Shown here piece by piece: positions 1 to 11,396 of a stretch of DNA of 64,000 bases. The position numbers and the translations under genes are program-made. The notes beneath the pieces were generated by a model. The model was not told the DNA's origin and did no database searches. It worked only from the letters and a program-made list of their open reading frames with translations. Source of the DNA: Nitrospirota bacterium (lineage in GTDB: Bacteria > Nitrospirota > UBA9217); assembly GCA_963663225.1 (NCBI GenBank), contig OY760142.1, positions 256,001 to 320,000 on the forward strand. The letters run 5' to 3'. Position 1 is the stretch's first letter. Each line of letters starts with the position of its first letter.

Positions 1-1
1 C

Positions 2-1204
2 TCGCTGCAAGAACTCCAATCCCGCTGGGACCGCTGTCGAAAGCTGCTGAAGGAGCATGTCCCTGCTGCAGAAGGTCTGTTCGTCTTTTCCCGACTGAAC
101 ATCTATTACTTCACCGGCACCTTCGGGAATGGCGTGTTCTATCTTCCGCTCCAGGGCGAACCTGTGCTGCTCTGCAGGCGCGGCTATGATCGCGCATCCA
201 TCGAATCGCCCGTGAAAAGGATCGTTCCGTTTTACAGTTACAAGGACGTGGAAGGTGTGCTCCGGGATGCGGGAGCGCCGATGGGCAAAACCGTTGCCGT
301 GGAGATGAATGGGCTTTCATGGATGCTGGGAAACAGCTTCTCCAAGTATCTGCCTGGCAGCTCGTTCCTGTCCGATGACAAGGTGATCTCGATGACGCGG
401 AGCCGGAAGTCCGCGTGGGAATTGGAGCGGATTCGGACCGCAGGGGCAAAGCATAAGACCTGCCTGGTTGACCTGCTTCCGCGGCTCCTGCAGAAAGGCA
501 TGTCCGAACTCGAGATGGCGCATACCATTTCTCACCTTTTCTTCTCCCAAGGCCATCAGGGCATCCTGCGCACGGAGAATTACGGGGAAGAGGTCTACCT
601 CGGCTATATCTCCATCGGCGAGAGTGGGAATTATCCCAGTGTGTTCAACGGACCCCTCGGCCTGCGCGGTGTCCATCCGGCGATACCTCACATGGGTTCC
701 CAGCAGGTGCTCTGGGAAGAAGGAATGCCGTTGACCATCGATAACGGATTCATGCATGAAGGCTATCAGACGGACAAGACCCAGGTCTACTGGCTTGGAG
801 AGAGGAACACGATCCCCTCTCAGGTCCAGGCAGCGTTCGACTGCTGCGTCGAGATCCAGGCGCGGACCGCGGAGCAACTGAAACCCGGCGTCCGGCCGTC
901 GGACCTTTGGGAGCAGAGCCTGCAATATGCGGAGAAAAAGGGCTTCGAAGACGGGTTCATGGGCCTGGACCGGAACAAGGTGCCCTTTTTGGGCCACGGC
1001 ATCGGTCTCGCCATTGATGAGTATCCGGCAATTGCGAAAGAGTTTGATCTACCTCTTGAAGAGAGCTGTGTGCTGGCCATCGAGCCGAAGATAGGAATTC
1101 CCTGCGTGGGCATGGTCGGCGTGGAGAACACCTTCGAAGTCACGGCCAAGGGCGGGAGGTGCCTCACCGGAGAGAAACACGAGATCATTTGCGTGGCATC
1201 GTAG
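2..1204 (+). CDS. Xaa-Pro peptidase (M24 family), 5'-truncated by the window edge
   Basis: Frame is open from position 2. Metal-binding motifs present: IDNG..GYQTDKT, GHGIG, LAIEPK, GVENT. Confidence 0.9.
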   Translation, partial: SLQELQSRWDRCRKLLKEHVPAAEGLFVFSRLNIYYFTGTFGNGVFYLPLQGEPVLLCRRGYDRASIESPVKRIVPFYSYKDVEGVLRDAGAPMGKTVAVEMNGLSWMLGNSFSKYLPGSSFLSDDKVISMTRSRKSAWELERIRTAGAKHKTCLVDLLPRLLQKGMSELEMAHTISHLFFSQGHQGILRTENYGEEVYLGYISIGESGNYPSVFNGPLGLRGVHPAIPHMGSQQVLWEEGMPLTIDNGFMHEGYQTDKTQVYWLGERNTIPSQVQAAFDCCVEIQARTAEQLKPGVRPSDLWEQSLQYAEKKGFEDGFMGLDRNKVPFLGHGIGLAIDEYPAIAKEFDLPLEESCVLAIEPKIGIPCVGMVGVENTFEVTAKGGRCLTGEKHEIICVAS

Positions 1205-1447
1205 AATCTGAACAGACATCGAGGGACACGACAGATTATCGATGGCGACTATTTCTATCACATGAAATCTCCGACTCCTCCATTATCCTTCCCCTTCTAA
1301 ACCCGCGTAAACCGTGCACTAAAATTTGCTAAAAACATTCTCAGTACAGAAATTCTGCTCATACAATATGTAAGAACATCCAGCTTAATTTCGTTTGCAT
1401 TACCTCCTGCTCAATGAGATAATGCAGTTAAATTTTCTGGAGATTTT

Positions 1448-2275
1448 ATGTCATTTATTCCCGGCCTTGTGCCAGTAAAAAACTCCACCAAAGACGACTG
1501 GTGGTTTATCATCTGTGGTTCCAGCCTTCTGGTTACCCTGTCAGAAACCGACGCAGCTGTTCCCCGCTCACCCCAAATAGCGTTTCTGAAAGAAAAGCTC
1601 TCGAAAATATCATATCTGGGAAGGTTGGACGACGCAGGATGTTTTGTTGCCGAACTGCAGGAACGCGGAGAAGAACTTCAAGGGATGCGCTTGCAGGAAT
1701 TACGTCCTCTTCTCGGGTTGCTGAGCGATGAAATGTTTTCCATTGCCGGCCGCGCTTTTCAGCTCCTGCACTGGGACCAAACGCACCAGTTCTGCAGCAG
1801 ATGCGGGTCGCGCACAGGACCAAAGAAGGATGAACGGGCAAAATTGTGCCCTCAGTGCGGCCTGGTCGATTACCCGGCCATCTCTCCGGCAATCATCGTG
1901 GCTGTCGTTAAAGACCGTGAAATACTTCTGGCACAGGCCCGGCGGTTCGTCACCCGGTTCTACAGCGTGCTCGCCGGTTTTGTTGAGCCCGGAGAAACCT
2001 TTGAGGAATGTGTACAACGAGAAGTCAAGGAGGAAGTGGGCCTCGACGTGGACCGCATCGAATATTTCGGCAGCCAGCCATGGCCCTTCCCCAATTCCCT
2101 GATGGTCGCCTTTACGGCGGTACATGCAGGCGGTGAAATCAAGATCGACGGGACAGAAATCGTCGACGCGCAATGGTTTGCAGCGAACGCCCTTCCCGAA
2201 ATACCCAAAAAAGGAGCAATTGCCCGGCGATTGATCGACTGGTTTGTGGAGAATCAAAAAAGCACTACTGCCTGA
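1448..2275 (+). CDS. nudC: NAD(+) diphosphatase / NAD-RNA decapping Nudix hydrolase
   Basis: Zn ribbon CSRCG..CPQC, Nudix box GFVEPGETFEECVQREVKEEVG, and SQPWPFPNSLM motif. Confidence 0.95.
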   Translation: MSFIPGLVPVKNSTKDDWWFIICGSSLLVTLSETDAAVPRSPQIAFLKEKLSKISYLGRLDDAGCFVAELQERGEELQGMRLQELRPLLGLLSDEMFSIAGRAFQLLHWDQTHQFCSRCGSRTGPKKDERAKLCPQCGLVDYPAISPAIIVAVVKDREILLAQARRFVTRFYSVLAGFVEPGETFEECVQREVKEEVGLDVDRIEYFGSQPWPFPNSLMVAFTAVHAGGEIKIDGTEIVDAQWFAANALPEIPKKGAIARRLIDWFVENQKSTTA

Positions 2276-2416
2276 CGGGCGACGGGCAGATGCCGGAAAA
2301 ACGCTGCGGGAACCAAAAACATGTGCCTCCGCTCTATAAAACAAAAGGCAGAGTGCTCTGCATACTGCACTTCGCACCCTGCCTCATAACGAGTTTCAAA
2401 TATATTGCAATAGTAT

Positions 2417-2989
2417 TTATTTTCTCGATGTATCGATGATGTATCCTGCTATGAGACCGCCTACTTGCAAAGGTAACATTTTATCCGTAGCACCGGCAGA
2501 ATACGCTCCTGCAAATGGGTTTGTATCCTCTCTGATATCTCGTTCACTCACAAGGTTTCCCGAAGCAGCATCGATCAGCTTCACATGAACAGTCATCTCT
2601 GATCTTCCTGCCATGTCACCGAGCCAGATTCGTGCCCCAGTACCCACAATCCTCATTTGAGTCAATTCCCCTTGCACGATCAGCGTCGAATCCGACCGCT
2701 CTGCAGTCGAAACATATTTTACATTTTCAAACAAATTTGATTTCATCAACTCTGCGGCACAACTTGATTGAGCATCCGCTAACACTCCCTTCGGATTATC
2801 AGTTTCCTGGACGCCCCTCGGAGTTATGAAAAAATTTACCAGTTGGACATTTTTATATTTCATATCAGCTTTAGATAGTCTTTCATACGGATTTGTTTTG
2901 ACTTCTTCGTTACGATGACACGCTGATACAACCAACAGCACGCTTAAGATACCTACCACAACCATTGATAACCTTGCAGAATTCCTCAT
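2417..2989 (-). CDS. Lipoprotein, DUF4410-like
   Basis: Signal peptide with lipobox VSAC; segment GARIWLGDMAGRSEMTVHVKLID resembles DUF4410. Confidence 0.65.
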   Translation of the reverse strand: MRNSARLSMVVVGILSVLLVVSACHRNEEVKTNPYERLSKADMKYKNVQLVNFFITPRGVQETDNPKGVLADAQSSCAAELMKSNLFENVKYVSTAERSDSTLIVQGELTQMRIVGTGARIWLGDMAGRSEMTVHVKLIDAASGNLVSERDIREDTNPFAGAYSAGATDKMLPLQVGGLIAGYIIDTSRK

Positions 2990-3277
2990 TATCTTCCTCT
3001 CCTTTTGCGAACTGCCTCTAAAATAAATTTTATTTGCCTATTATTTTATGTAATTTAGTGCAATTTTATGCAATTCTACGCTTTTCTTTGCATTAAATCA
3101 AATTTATTTCCTATCTCACCAGAGACGTTTGACTATTTATATAAAACCAATTTATTTGTTGTTGACATATTTAAATTGTTATTGTATGTTTTATTTTACG
3201 CATATTTATATTTATTTCGGATTCTAACTATTTTCCGTTTGGATCAATGAAGGCAGGTCGTTTGAGGAGCATTTATT

Positions 3278-4348
3278 TTGATGACAGAGCAGTCTTTAAA
3301 TAGGAACCACGTAATACTAGTTGTTGATGATGATCATCCGGTACTTGAAGCAATAAGCGCGCAGCTTGACGCATGTGGATATACCGTAGTAACGTGCCTC
3401 AATGCACAGGAAGCCATTGACAAGTATCAATCCACCGACATTGATGTTATTCTTACGGACATCAAGATGCCCGGGCTTTCCGGCATCGAGCTTGCTGAAA
3501 GAATCCACGCATTAAACGCCGATGTTCCGATTATTCTCATCACTGCATACGCAGATATAAAAACCGCTGTTGACGCGATCCATGGGGGCGCTTTTGATTT
3601 TATAACCAAACCGTATAAATTCGATTATCTGAAGGAATCAGTGAAAAAGGCAATACGATTTACTGAAATGGTTCGGCATGAGAAGGACTATAAGCGCATC
3701 CTTGAAGAAGAGGTCAGACAAAAGACCAAATCTCTTTCTGATATGAGCAGGGAGTTTATCGTACGTTTGACAACGGTTGCGGAATTCAGGGACGAAGATA
3801 CAGGCGCGCATATTTCGAGGATAGGATTGTATGCGAAGGAGATCTCCGAAACTCTCGGCATGCCTTTCGATTTTATCGACCGAATAAGTCTTGCAGGCTC
3901 ACTCCACGATATCGGCAAGGTGGGGATACCGGATAGCATTCTTCTGAAGCCCGGCCCATTGACGAAATATGAATTTGAAATCATGAAAACACACACTACA
4001 CTTGGCGCAAAGGTGTTTGCAGGTTCAACACATCCTACCATTCAGCTTGCTGAATCCATTGCATTAAACCACCACGAGCGGTGGGATGGAAAAGGCTATC
4101 CACGCGGATTGCAGGGCGATGCCATCCCGATCGAAGGCAGCATAATTATGCTTGTCGATCAGTATGATGCATTGAGAAGCAAACGTCCGTACAAACCGGC
4201 CTTTGAACACGAGGCGGCTTACAAAATTATTACGACAGGCGACAACAGAACTGCGCCCACACAATTTTCCCCGGCTGTTTTAAACGCCTTCATAAAAAAA
4301 GCAAGAATCTTTAATGATATTTTTGATGTCAATCAAGATCAGTTATAA
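3278..4348 (+). CDS. Response regulator with HD-GYP cyclic-dinucleotide phosphodiesterase domain (RpfG-like)
   Basis: Receiver motifs VVDDD, TDIKMPG, KPY; HD-GYP motifs HDIGK and HHERWDGKGYP. Confidence 0.93.
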   Translation: MMTEQSLNRNHVILVVDDDHPVLEAISAQLDACGYTVVTCLNAQEAIDKYQSTDIDVILTDIKMPGLSGIELAERIHALNADVPIILITAYADIKTAVDAIHGGAFDFITKPYKFDYLKESVKKAIRFTEMVRHEKDYKRILEEEVRQKTKSLSDMSREFIVRLTTVAEFRDEDTGAHISRIGLYAKEISETLGMPFDFIDRISLAGSLHDIGKVGIPDSILLKPGPLTKYEFEIMKTHTTLGAKVFAGSTHPTIQLAESIALNHHERWDGKGYPRGLQGDAIPIEGSIIMLVDQYDALRSKRPYKPAFEHEAAYKIITTGDNRTAPTQFSPAVLNAFIKKARIFNDIFDVNQDQL

Positions 4349-4447
4349 CTTTAATCACTGCGGCTTCATTTGAATCCCCAGGAGAGCTCGTCCCCCTCCC
4401 CTCTTGCATTGCGTATCAGCATGCCGGAATACCACCTTGCATTCTGA

Positions 4448-5443
<996 letters not shown>

Positions 5444-5536
5444 ACGAGACCCTTCCTTTCTTTATTCCGGACACCGCAAAAATGAGTTCATGTGCGAGAA
5501 AATCTTACCTCCGCATATGATGACGGAATACCACCG

Positions 5537-6019
5537 TCATATCCAGCGCCGTACGCGTTTTTTGTACTCGAGATAGTCCCGTCCGAACGCGTGTTCCAGA
5601 TACCGTTCCTCCCCCGCGATAACATAGTACCTGACTATTGCGATCACCACGGGCGCCAAAACAAGCGCCCAGAAGATACCAAACCAGAATGCGCACCCCA
5701 TATAGACAAAAAGCAGGCTGAGATACATGGGATTTCGCGTAAAACGATAAGGGCCTGAAGTGACCAGCACAGTACTTGGCTTGAACGGCAGCAGGCTGGT
5801 GCGCTTGCGCAAAAACCAGGCGAAACTCCACAGGCCGAGTATCGCCGAAATTCCCGCACAGAGGAAAGACAAGACCTGGCTGATTCCGGATGGAAGCGCA
5901 ATCAGCGGAAAAAACCGCTCCAGAAAAACACCGATTCCGAATACTCCGGCATAGATTGCCGGAGGAGGTATCCGTATGCCGGCATGATAAGGAGAACTTC
6001 CGCCAGATGCAGCATTCAT
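5537..6019 (-). CDS. Isoprenylcysteine carboxylmethyltransferase (ICMT/PEMT) family membrane protein
   Basis: LVTSGPYRFTRNPMY and EERYL..FG..Y.EYKKRVRRWI motifs. Confidence 0.9.
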   Translation of the reverse strand: MNAASGGSSPYHAGIRIPPPAIYAGVFGIGVFLERFFPLIALPSGISQVLSFLCAGISAILGLWSFAWFLRKRTSLLPFKPSTVLVTSGPYRFTRNPMYLSLLFVYMGCAFWFGIFWALVLAPVVIAIVRYYVIAGEERYLEHAFGRDYLEYKKRVRRWI

Positions 6020-6079
6020 GTTTCAGCGCCCGCGCCTGCCGCTGCCGGGCATAAGCCATCGGCAGCCAACGAGCACACG

Positions 6080-6448
6080 TTATAATTCCGGTGCACTTGA
6101 CGGCACCAGGCAGACGAACGTAAAAGGAGCACTCCCGGCATTCCTGATCTGATGCTCTTCATTGCCCGGGATAAGTACCACCGTACCTGCTTTTGCTGTA
6201 TGCCATTGCCCCTTGCAAAATATTTCCCCCTCGCCGGCATGGACAAAAATTTCATGTTCCCATGCATGGGCGTGTTTCGGCGTATTTCCTGACGGAGCGA
6301 TTTCGAACACTCTCATGCAAAAGTTGTTTGCACCATCAGCTTTGCCGAGAACAACGCGTCCCGCGATCCCTTTTGCCTTATCGTTGTTAATATGGGTCGG
6401 TTGCACATCAGAATATTTTTTAATCAACATACGTTCCTCCTTGCACAT
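6080..6448 (-). CDS. Cupin domain protein
   Basis: PKHAHAWEHEIFV..GEG and IPGNEEHQI motifs. Confidence 0.9.
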   Translation of the reverse strand: MCKEERMLIKKYSDVQPTHINNDKAKGIAGRVVLGKADGANNFCMRVFEIAPSGNTPKHAHAWEHEIFVHAGEGEIFCKGQWHTAKAGTVVLIPGNEEHQIRNAGSAPFTFVCLVPSSAPEL

Positions 6449-6524
6449 GATACCGATATGGTCGGTGTTTATCGCCTCGCTTTTTTTCTTTCCGTATAAC
6501 AGACAGCAGCATCAGGCCTGTTTG

Positions 6525-7694
6525 CTAACGCTCATCATGCAACCCCGGATATTTGACAAGCAACCCCAGTATGCCTCCCAGAATGGGGAGCACGGTAATA
6601 AATTCCAGGGCCGCAGGCACTCCGTATGCGTCAGCAATGACACCCATGATGGTGACGCCGACTCCTCCTGTTCCTATGGCAAACCCGGCCGTGAGTCCGG
6701 ATGCCATTCCGACATTGTCAGGCAGCAGATGCTGGGACATTGCCATGGTGACGGCAAAAGATGAAATAAGCGTTATTCCGAGCGCGCCAAAAACAATAAA
6801 CAGTAAAATGCCTTTTGCGACAAAAATAAGGGGAAGGATCACCCCGGATATGATCATGGAGCCGACCAAAAACTGTTTATGGCCCCAGCGGTCTGCCAGG
6901 CGCGCGCCAGCCAGCGTGCCGATAACGGCAGTCAGCAGAAAAACCGACACCAACATTCCCGCGTACATGGGATCGCCTTTTAAGTGATCCTTGTAGTAAA
7001 AAGGGATATAGGTGATCAGCCCGAATTGCGTCCAGGATCTCATAATGACGGCGCCAATGACCAGGGCAAGAGCACCATAGGCTGCTTTCGGAGTCGCTTT
7101 CTTCCCTACTGCATTCCTGTCTGCTTTTACCCTGTCAGGGACCTGAATGGTTTTCCAGAAAATGCCGACAAGGAAGAGGAACAATATTGAAAAAACGATC
7201 ATGAGAGGCAGCAACGGAAGGCCATAGTGGGTAATGAGGAAAAATGTGAAAAACGGCCCAAGCGCAAACCCCAGATTGCCGCCCACGGCAAATATGGACA
7301 TTCCGGTGGCTTTCTTCTCACCGGTAAAATATGACGCGGTTTTGAATCCTTCAGGATGAAACGCGGCTACACCAAGCCCGCTCAGCAGAACGAGCAGGAG
7401 AATAACGGCATACTGAGAGGAAAACGTGATCAGCGAAAATCCTATCCCGGCAAAGAGACACCCTAACGGCAAAAGCAGAGGCCTCTCTTTTTTATCTGAA
7501 ATCAGTCCGAAAAGAGGTTGGATAATGGATGAAGACAGATTGGACGCAATAAGGATAAACCCCACTGCGGTATAGGAAAGCCCGAGTTTATCTTTGAGAA
7601 ACGGCAAAGCCGCAGGAAGGGCGCCCTGGTAAATATCGGTCATGCAGTGTCCAAAGGAGAGCAGAAGAAGAATGTTAAGGTTGAATTTTTTCAT
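6525..7694 (-). CDS. MFS transporter, Fsr (fosmidomycin resistance)-like
   Basis: About 12 hydrophobic segments; GH..TD.YQG, QPLFG..SDK and AAFHPEG motifs. Confidence 0.88.
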   Translation of the reverse strand: MKKFNLNILLLLSFGHCMTDIYQGALPAALPFLKDKLGLSYTAVGFILIASNLSSSIIQPLFGLISDKKERPLLLPLGCLFAGIGFSLITFSSQYAVILLLVLLSGLGVAAFHPEGFKTASYFTGEKKATGMSIFAVGGNLGFALGPFFTFFLITHYGLPLLPLMIVFSILFLFLVGIFWKTIQVPDRVKADRNAVGKKATPKAAYGALALVIGAVIMRSWTQFGLITYIPFYYKDHLKGDPMYAGMLVSVFLLTAVIGTLAGARLADRWGHKQFLVGSMIISGVILPLIFVAKGILLFIVFGALGITLISSFAVTMAMSQHLLPDNVGMASGLTAGFAIGTGGVGVTIMGVIADAYGVPAALEFITVLPILGGILGLLVKYPGLHDER

Positions 7695-8107
7695 TCACAT
7701 CGTATCCGTGAAATTCAGATGAATTCTTGGATACTATACCATCGATTTAAAAGAATCAATCATATTTAACTCATGATTTGGACATCAGGCACCCTGCATT
7801 TTTTTCTTTCCTTTTTCCATAATATATTGATAATATGGTGCATAAAATTATTGTGCGTCATTATTTTGTCAATTATTCGCTTCTCGATGAGAGTATAAGC
7901 GTTATAAAAATAACGTATTATTACTGCAAAAAGAATTCACCGTCTCAAATAAAAGCATTTTTTTCTTTAATTTCAATACGTTTTCATATAAGATATATTC
8001 ATCGCATTTGTGGTACAAAAAATGCAGTTGTTTGACCGAAATACTTTGTATTAACCGTTTCCGGGTATTTCTATTTTACACATGAATCTTTTTCCGGAGG
8101 TAACGTT

Positions 8108-9007
8108 ATGTATATTGTCTTTCTTATTATCGTGACCATAGGACTTATCGCTACAGCGGCCTATTTTTCGGTATTCGGTATTGCAAGCATGTTCGCGTAC
8201 AACTATATACCGGCCATGATCATGGGCATTACACTGGAAGCGGGGAAAATCGGGGTTGCAGTCTATCTTTTCCGCTACTGGAAACCGATGACCCGCCTGT
8301 TTAAGAGCATTCTCATCGTATTCCTTGTCCTGCTTATGTTCATCACATCGGTCGGTATATTCGGGTTTTTGAGCCAAGGCTATCAAAAAACATCAGAGGA
8401 ATTCAATGTTCTCTCTCTCGAACTTAAGACTTTGGAAGATGAATACAAGATCAAGAAAACGCGGATGGAAGAAATAAACAGCCAGGTAACTTTTCTGCCG
8501 TCAGACTCCGTGACGAACAAAATACGCCTCAACAGAGAATTCAGCGATGAACAGGCCGAAATACGGGATCGTCTGGCCAGTCTTGAACCGCGCATCCAGG
8601 CATTGAAGGTTAAACGTCTTGCGTATGAATCTCATATCGGCCCGATTGCCTATGTCGCCCGCATGCTGAATGCCCCCCAGGACAATGTGGTCTTTTTTGC
8701 CATTCTGGTGCTCGTTTTTGTTGCCGACCCGCTGGCCATTACGCTTACCATCGCCAGCAATATGGTGCTGATTCGCTACTGGGAGCATGCGCGACCGCGA
8801 CCCAGCGCCGCAGGTTCGCGTTCCCCCATGGTATTTGAAAATTATCTGACCAAAATATGGACCACGACCGTGGAAGCGTTCAGAAATACCGTGAAAAAAC
8901 GGCGCATGAGAATAGCTGCCAGAAAAAAAATGGCTGCTGCCGCCGCTCAAGCAAAGACAAAACAACAACGAAGCAAAACCAGGAAAAAAGGAAGAGGCAA
9001 GGAATAG
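8108..9007 (+). CDS. Membrane protein of unknown function (3 TM, coiled coil, TM, basic tail)
   Basis: Hydrophobic N-terminus ending ITSVGIFGFLS, a charged helical middle region, then IGPIAYVA and VFVADPLA. Confidence 0.8.
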   Translation: MYIVFLIIVTIGLIATAAYFSVFGIASMFAYNYIPAMIMGITLEAGKIGVAVYLFRYWKPMTRLFKSILIVFLVLLMFITSVGIFGFLSQGYQKTSEEFNVLSLELKTLEDEYKIKKTRMEEINSQVTFLPSDSVTNKIRLNREFSDEQAEIRDRLASLEPRIQALKVKRLAYESHIGPIAYVARMLNAPQDNVVFFAILVLVFVADPLAITLTIASNMVLIRYWEHARPRPSAAGSRSPMVFENYLTKIWTTTVEAFRNTVKKRRMRIAARKKMAAAAAQAKTKQQRSKTRKKGRGKE

Positions 9008-9030
9008 AACACGCTGAAAGCGAGAAAACC

Positions 9031-9711
9031 ATGAAAAGAGCCCTCCTGATCCTGCTCCTGTTTGCAACCGGCTGCGCTACCCTTTCTACCCCTGCACCCG
9101 TCAGTCCCGTTGCCCGAACCGATTCGAAACCGCAGGTTGCGGCACCAGTGCCTCAGGAAATAAAAGAACCGCCCGCAACACAGGAAACAGCTGTGAAGAT
9201 GCCGCCGTCGCCGTTCACTGCGCAGCCTGCTCCTTCTCCGGAACCTCCGGCACCATCCCTATTACAAGACAGCACCGCACCGTCAAAAGAAACGCTTCCT
9301 CCTGCTGTACCTCAGAAACAAGAGAAAACTTCCCGCGCATCCAGAGACTTGCCGGTTCCTGATTACAAATTGCAGGGACTGGTGAACCTCGCTTTGAAAA
9401 ACGACGATAAAATAATGAATGTGTTCGTGGGAATGGACAAAAAAACGGTCGAAGACGTCATGGGCGGAGGACAGAACCCCTTTAAGCGCCAAACGGTAAC
9501 CGGCATCGACAATCAAAAATATGAAATCCTGTACTATCTCACCCGGGAACCCCGGAAAGGCCGCCCGATCACGGACCGGATGCTGACGCCTGTCATATTC
9601 AAAAAAGGAAGGGTCGCGGCCATCGGTGCCTATCACCTGAAAAAACTACTGCGAACAGGGACTCTTGGCCGCCAAAAGCCCGGAGCAGAAGCCCCTCCTG
9701 CCTCCTCATAA
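9031..9711 (+). CDS. Lipoprotein with Pro-rich linker and DUF3192-like C-terminal domain
   Basis: ATG at 9031 gives MKRALLILLLFATGC (lipobox); C-terminal VGMDK..V..VMG, YEILYYLT and LTPVIFKKGRV. Confidence 0.7.
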   Translation: MKRALLILLLFATGCATLSTPAPVSPVARTDSKPQVAAPVPQEIKEPPATQETAVKMPPSPFTAQPAPSPEPPAPSLLQDSTAPSKETLPPAVPQKQEKTSRASRDLPVPDYKLQGLVNLALKNDDKIMNVFVGMDKKTVEDVMGGGQNPFKRQTVTGIDNQKYEILYYLTREPRKGRPITDRMLTPVIFKKGRVAAIGAYHLKKLLRTGTLGRQKPGAEAPPASS

Positions 9712-9875
9712 AATCACGTCATCCTGATGCGAGCATTTTTTCATCTGCCGGCAAAGACTCCGGTTCATATCTGAAAACAGGTATTGCCAATTGAGACCGC
9801 TGCGGAAACCCGCATTCTCTAAGCTGCCTGGCTGATCACCATCGACAATTCCATTCCTGTTGTACTGCGAAATGC

Positions 9876-9941
9876 ATAATAAATTTTTATCGCAACTATA
9901 AAAACAATTAATTTTATTTATATTACAGCAATGGATATAAT
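9876..9941 (+). promoter_or_regulatory. LysR-type operator (ATAA-N7-TTAT) and sigma70-like -10 upstream of the MFS gene
   Basis: ATAATAAATTTTTAT at 9876-9890 fits T-N11-A. A second degenerate copy lies at 9898-9912 and TATAAT at 9936-9941. Confidence 0.5.
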
Positions 9942-10088
9942 ACCGGGGTTATGAACAAATCGGCTCTCGTTCGGGGTTCCGCGCATTCCGTCAGACAGAT
10001 GCACAAAACGCCATTATGAGACCTAAGAGATCTGTTCGCCATACAAAGCAGACGAAAAACAAACTCAATTTACATCCTTGGAGATATC

Positions 10089-11306
10089 ATGCCGCAGAAA
10101 TCGGAAATCAAATCGCCCGTTTCATCCTTCTTCAGACGTTGGAACGTATTGGCCATCGGCTGCGTCGCGCATATTGTTCATGACGGCATAACGGCCATGC
10201 TGTACATCCTTTTCCCCGTGTGGCAGGCTCAGCTCGCTCTCAGCTTTGCGCAGGTCGGTTTTCTGAAAATGCTTACGGACGGTGCCATATCTCTTTTTCA
10301 GATTCCGTCCGGATTGATGGCTGAACGCATTGGTGAGCGAAGAATGCTGCTCGCGGGAACGGTCCTGACCGGCCTGGCGGTGCTTTTTTTCGGATCGGCC
10401 ACAACCCTCCCCTTTCTCGCCTTCCTGCTGATCCTGAGCGGCGTAGGATCCAGCGTACAGCATCCGCTGGCCTCCAGTGTCATTTCCCATGCTTATCGGG
10501 GCACGGAGTTGCGAACAGCCCTGAGCTTTTATAATTTCTCGGGCGACATCGGGAAACTGGTCATTCCCGCTTTGGCCGCTTTTCTGCTCAGCAGGATCAG
10601 CTTTTCAGCAACAAGTCATTTCATCGCTGCATTCGGCTTGATTAGTGGTCCTGTGATCTACTTTGTTTTAAAGGACATGGCAACGCCCAGGTCCGAAGCT
10701 AAAAAGGAAGCATCGGTCATGCCACACCGGAAGCAACCGGTTCGTGCTATTGCAAATCCCGCTTTTCTTTCCCTGTCGTCCATCGGTTTTATCGACAGTG
10801 CGACCCGCACCGGATTTCTCACCTTTCTTCCGTTTATTCTTCGTGACAAAGGCGCCGGCATAGCGACCATGGGCCTCGCTTTCTCGCTTATTTTTGCCGG
10901 GGGAGCGGCGGGAAAATTCGTATGCGGGGTTCTTGCAACGCGAGTCGGAATTCTGCGGACAGTCTGCATAACGGAGCTGATAACAGCCGTATGCATCGGT
11001 TGCATGATCGTTCTCTCGCTCGAAAATTCCCTGATTCTTGCGCCGATTCTCGGAGTCGTTTTAAATGGCACCTCTTCCGTGCTGTATGGCAGCGTACCGG
11101 AACTGGTGCCGGATGATCAACGGCAGAGGGCTTTTTCAATTTTTTATACCATCACGATGGGTTCAGGCGCGCTTGCGCCCTTTTTCTTCGGCTTTCTGAG
11201 TGATAGTACCGGGGTGATTATTGCGGTGGCGATTGTCGCTGTTCTTGTTTTGACGGTTCTTCCGTTAACGATTCCGTTGCGGGGAAAGCTGGCAGACAAT
11301 TGTTAG
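10089..11306 (+). CDS. MFS transporter
   Basis: About 12 hydrophobic segments; G..AERIGERR loop motif; VQHP. Confidence 0.9.
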   Translation: MPQKSEIKSPVSSFFRRWNVLAIGCVAHIVHDGITAMLYILFPVWQAQLALSFAQVGFLKMLTDGAISLFQIPSGLMAERIGERRMLLAGTVLTGLAVLFFGSATTLPFLAFLLILSGVGSSVQHPLASSVISHAYRGTELRTALSFYNFSGDIGKLVIPALAAFLLSRISFSATSHFIAAFGLISGPVIYFVLKDMATPRSEAKKEASVMPHRKQPVRAIANPAFLSLSSIGFIDSATRTGFLTFLPFILRDKGAGIATMGLAFSLIFAGGAAGKFVCGVLATRVGILRTVCITELITAVCIGCMIVLSLENSLILAPILGVVLNGTSSVLYGSVPELVPDDQRQRAFSIFYTITMGSGALAPFFFGFLSDSTGVIIAVAIVAVLVLTVLPLTIPLRGKLADNC

Positions 11307-11396
11307 GATTCGCAGGAGATAGACGGCCTTTTGTTTAGCCGATCTTTTTTCAGAAAGACGAAGGGTATCGGGTGAAGTTGCTCTGTGAGGTCCCGG

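Noticed and set aside
2990-3277. Very AT-rich intergenic stretch, considered as an island boundary or ncRNA
   Set aside because: Consistent with a divergent promoter region; no integrase, direct repeats or RNA motif seen.
8857-9030. N-terminal extension of the 8857-9711 ORF
   Set aside because: It overlaps the upstream gene, and the lipoprotein signal peptide begins at ATG 9031.
9951-10019. 22-codon ORF upstream of the MFS gene (possible leader peptide)
   Set aside because: No clear SD, regulatory codon run or attenuator structure.
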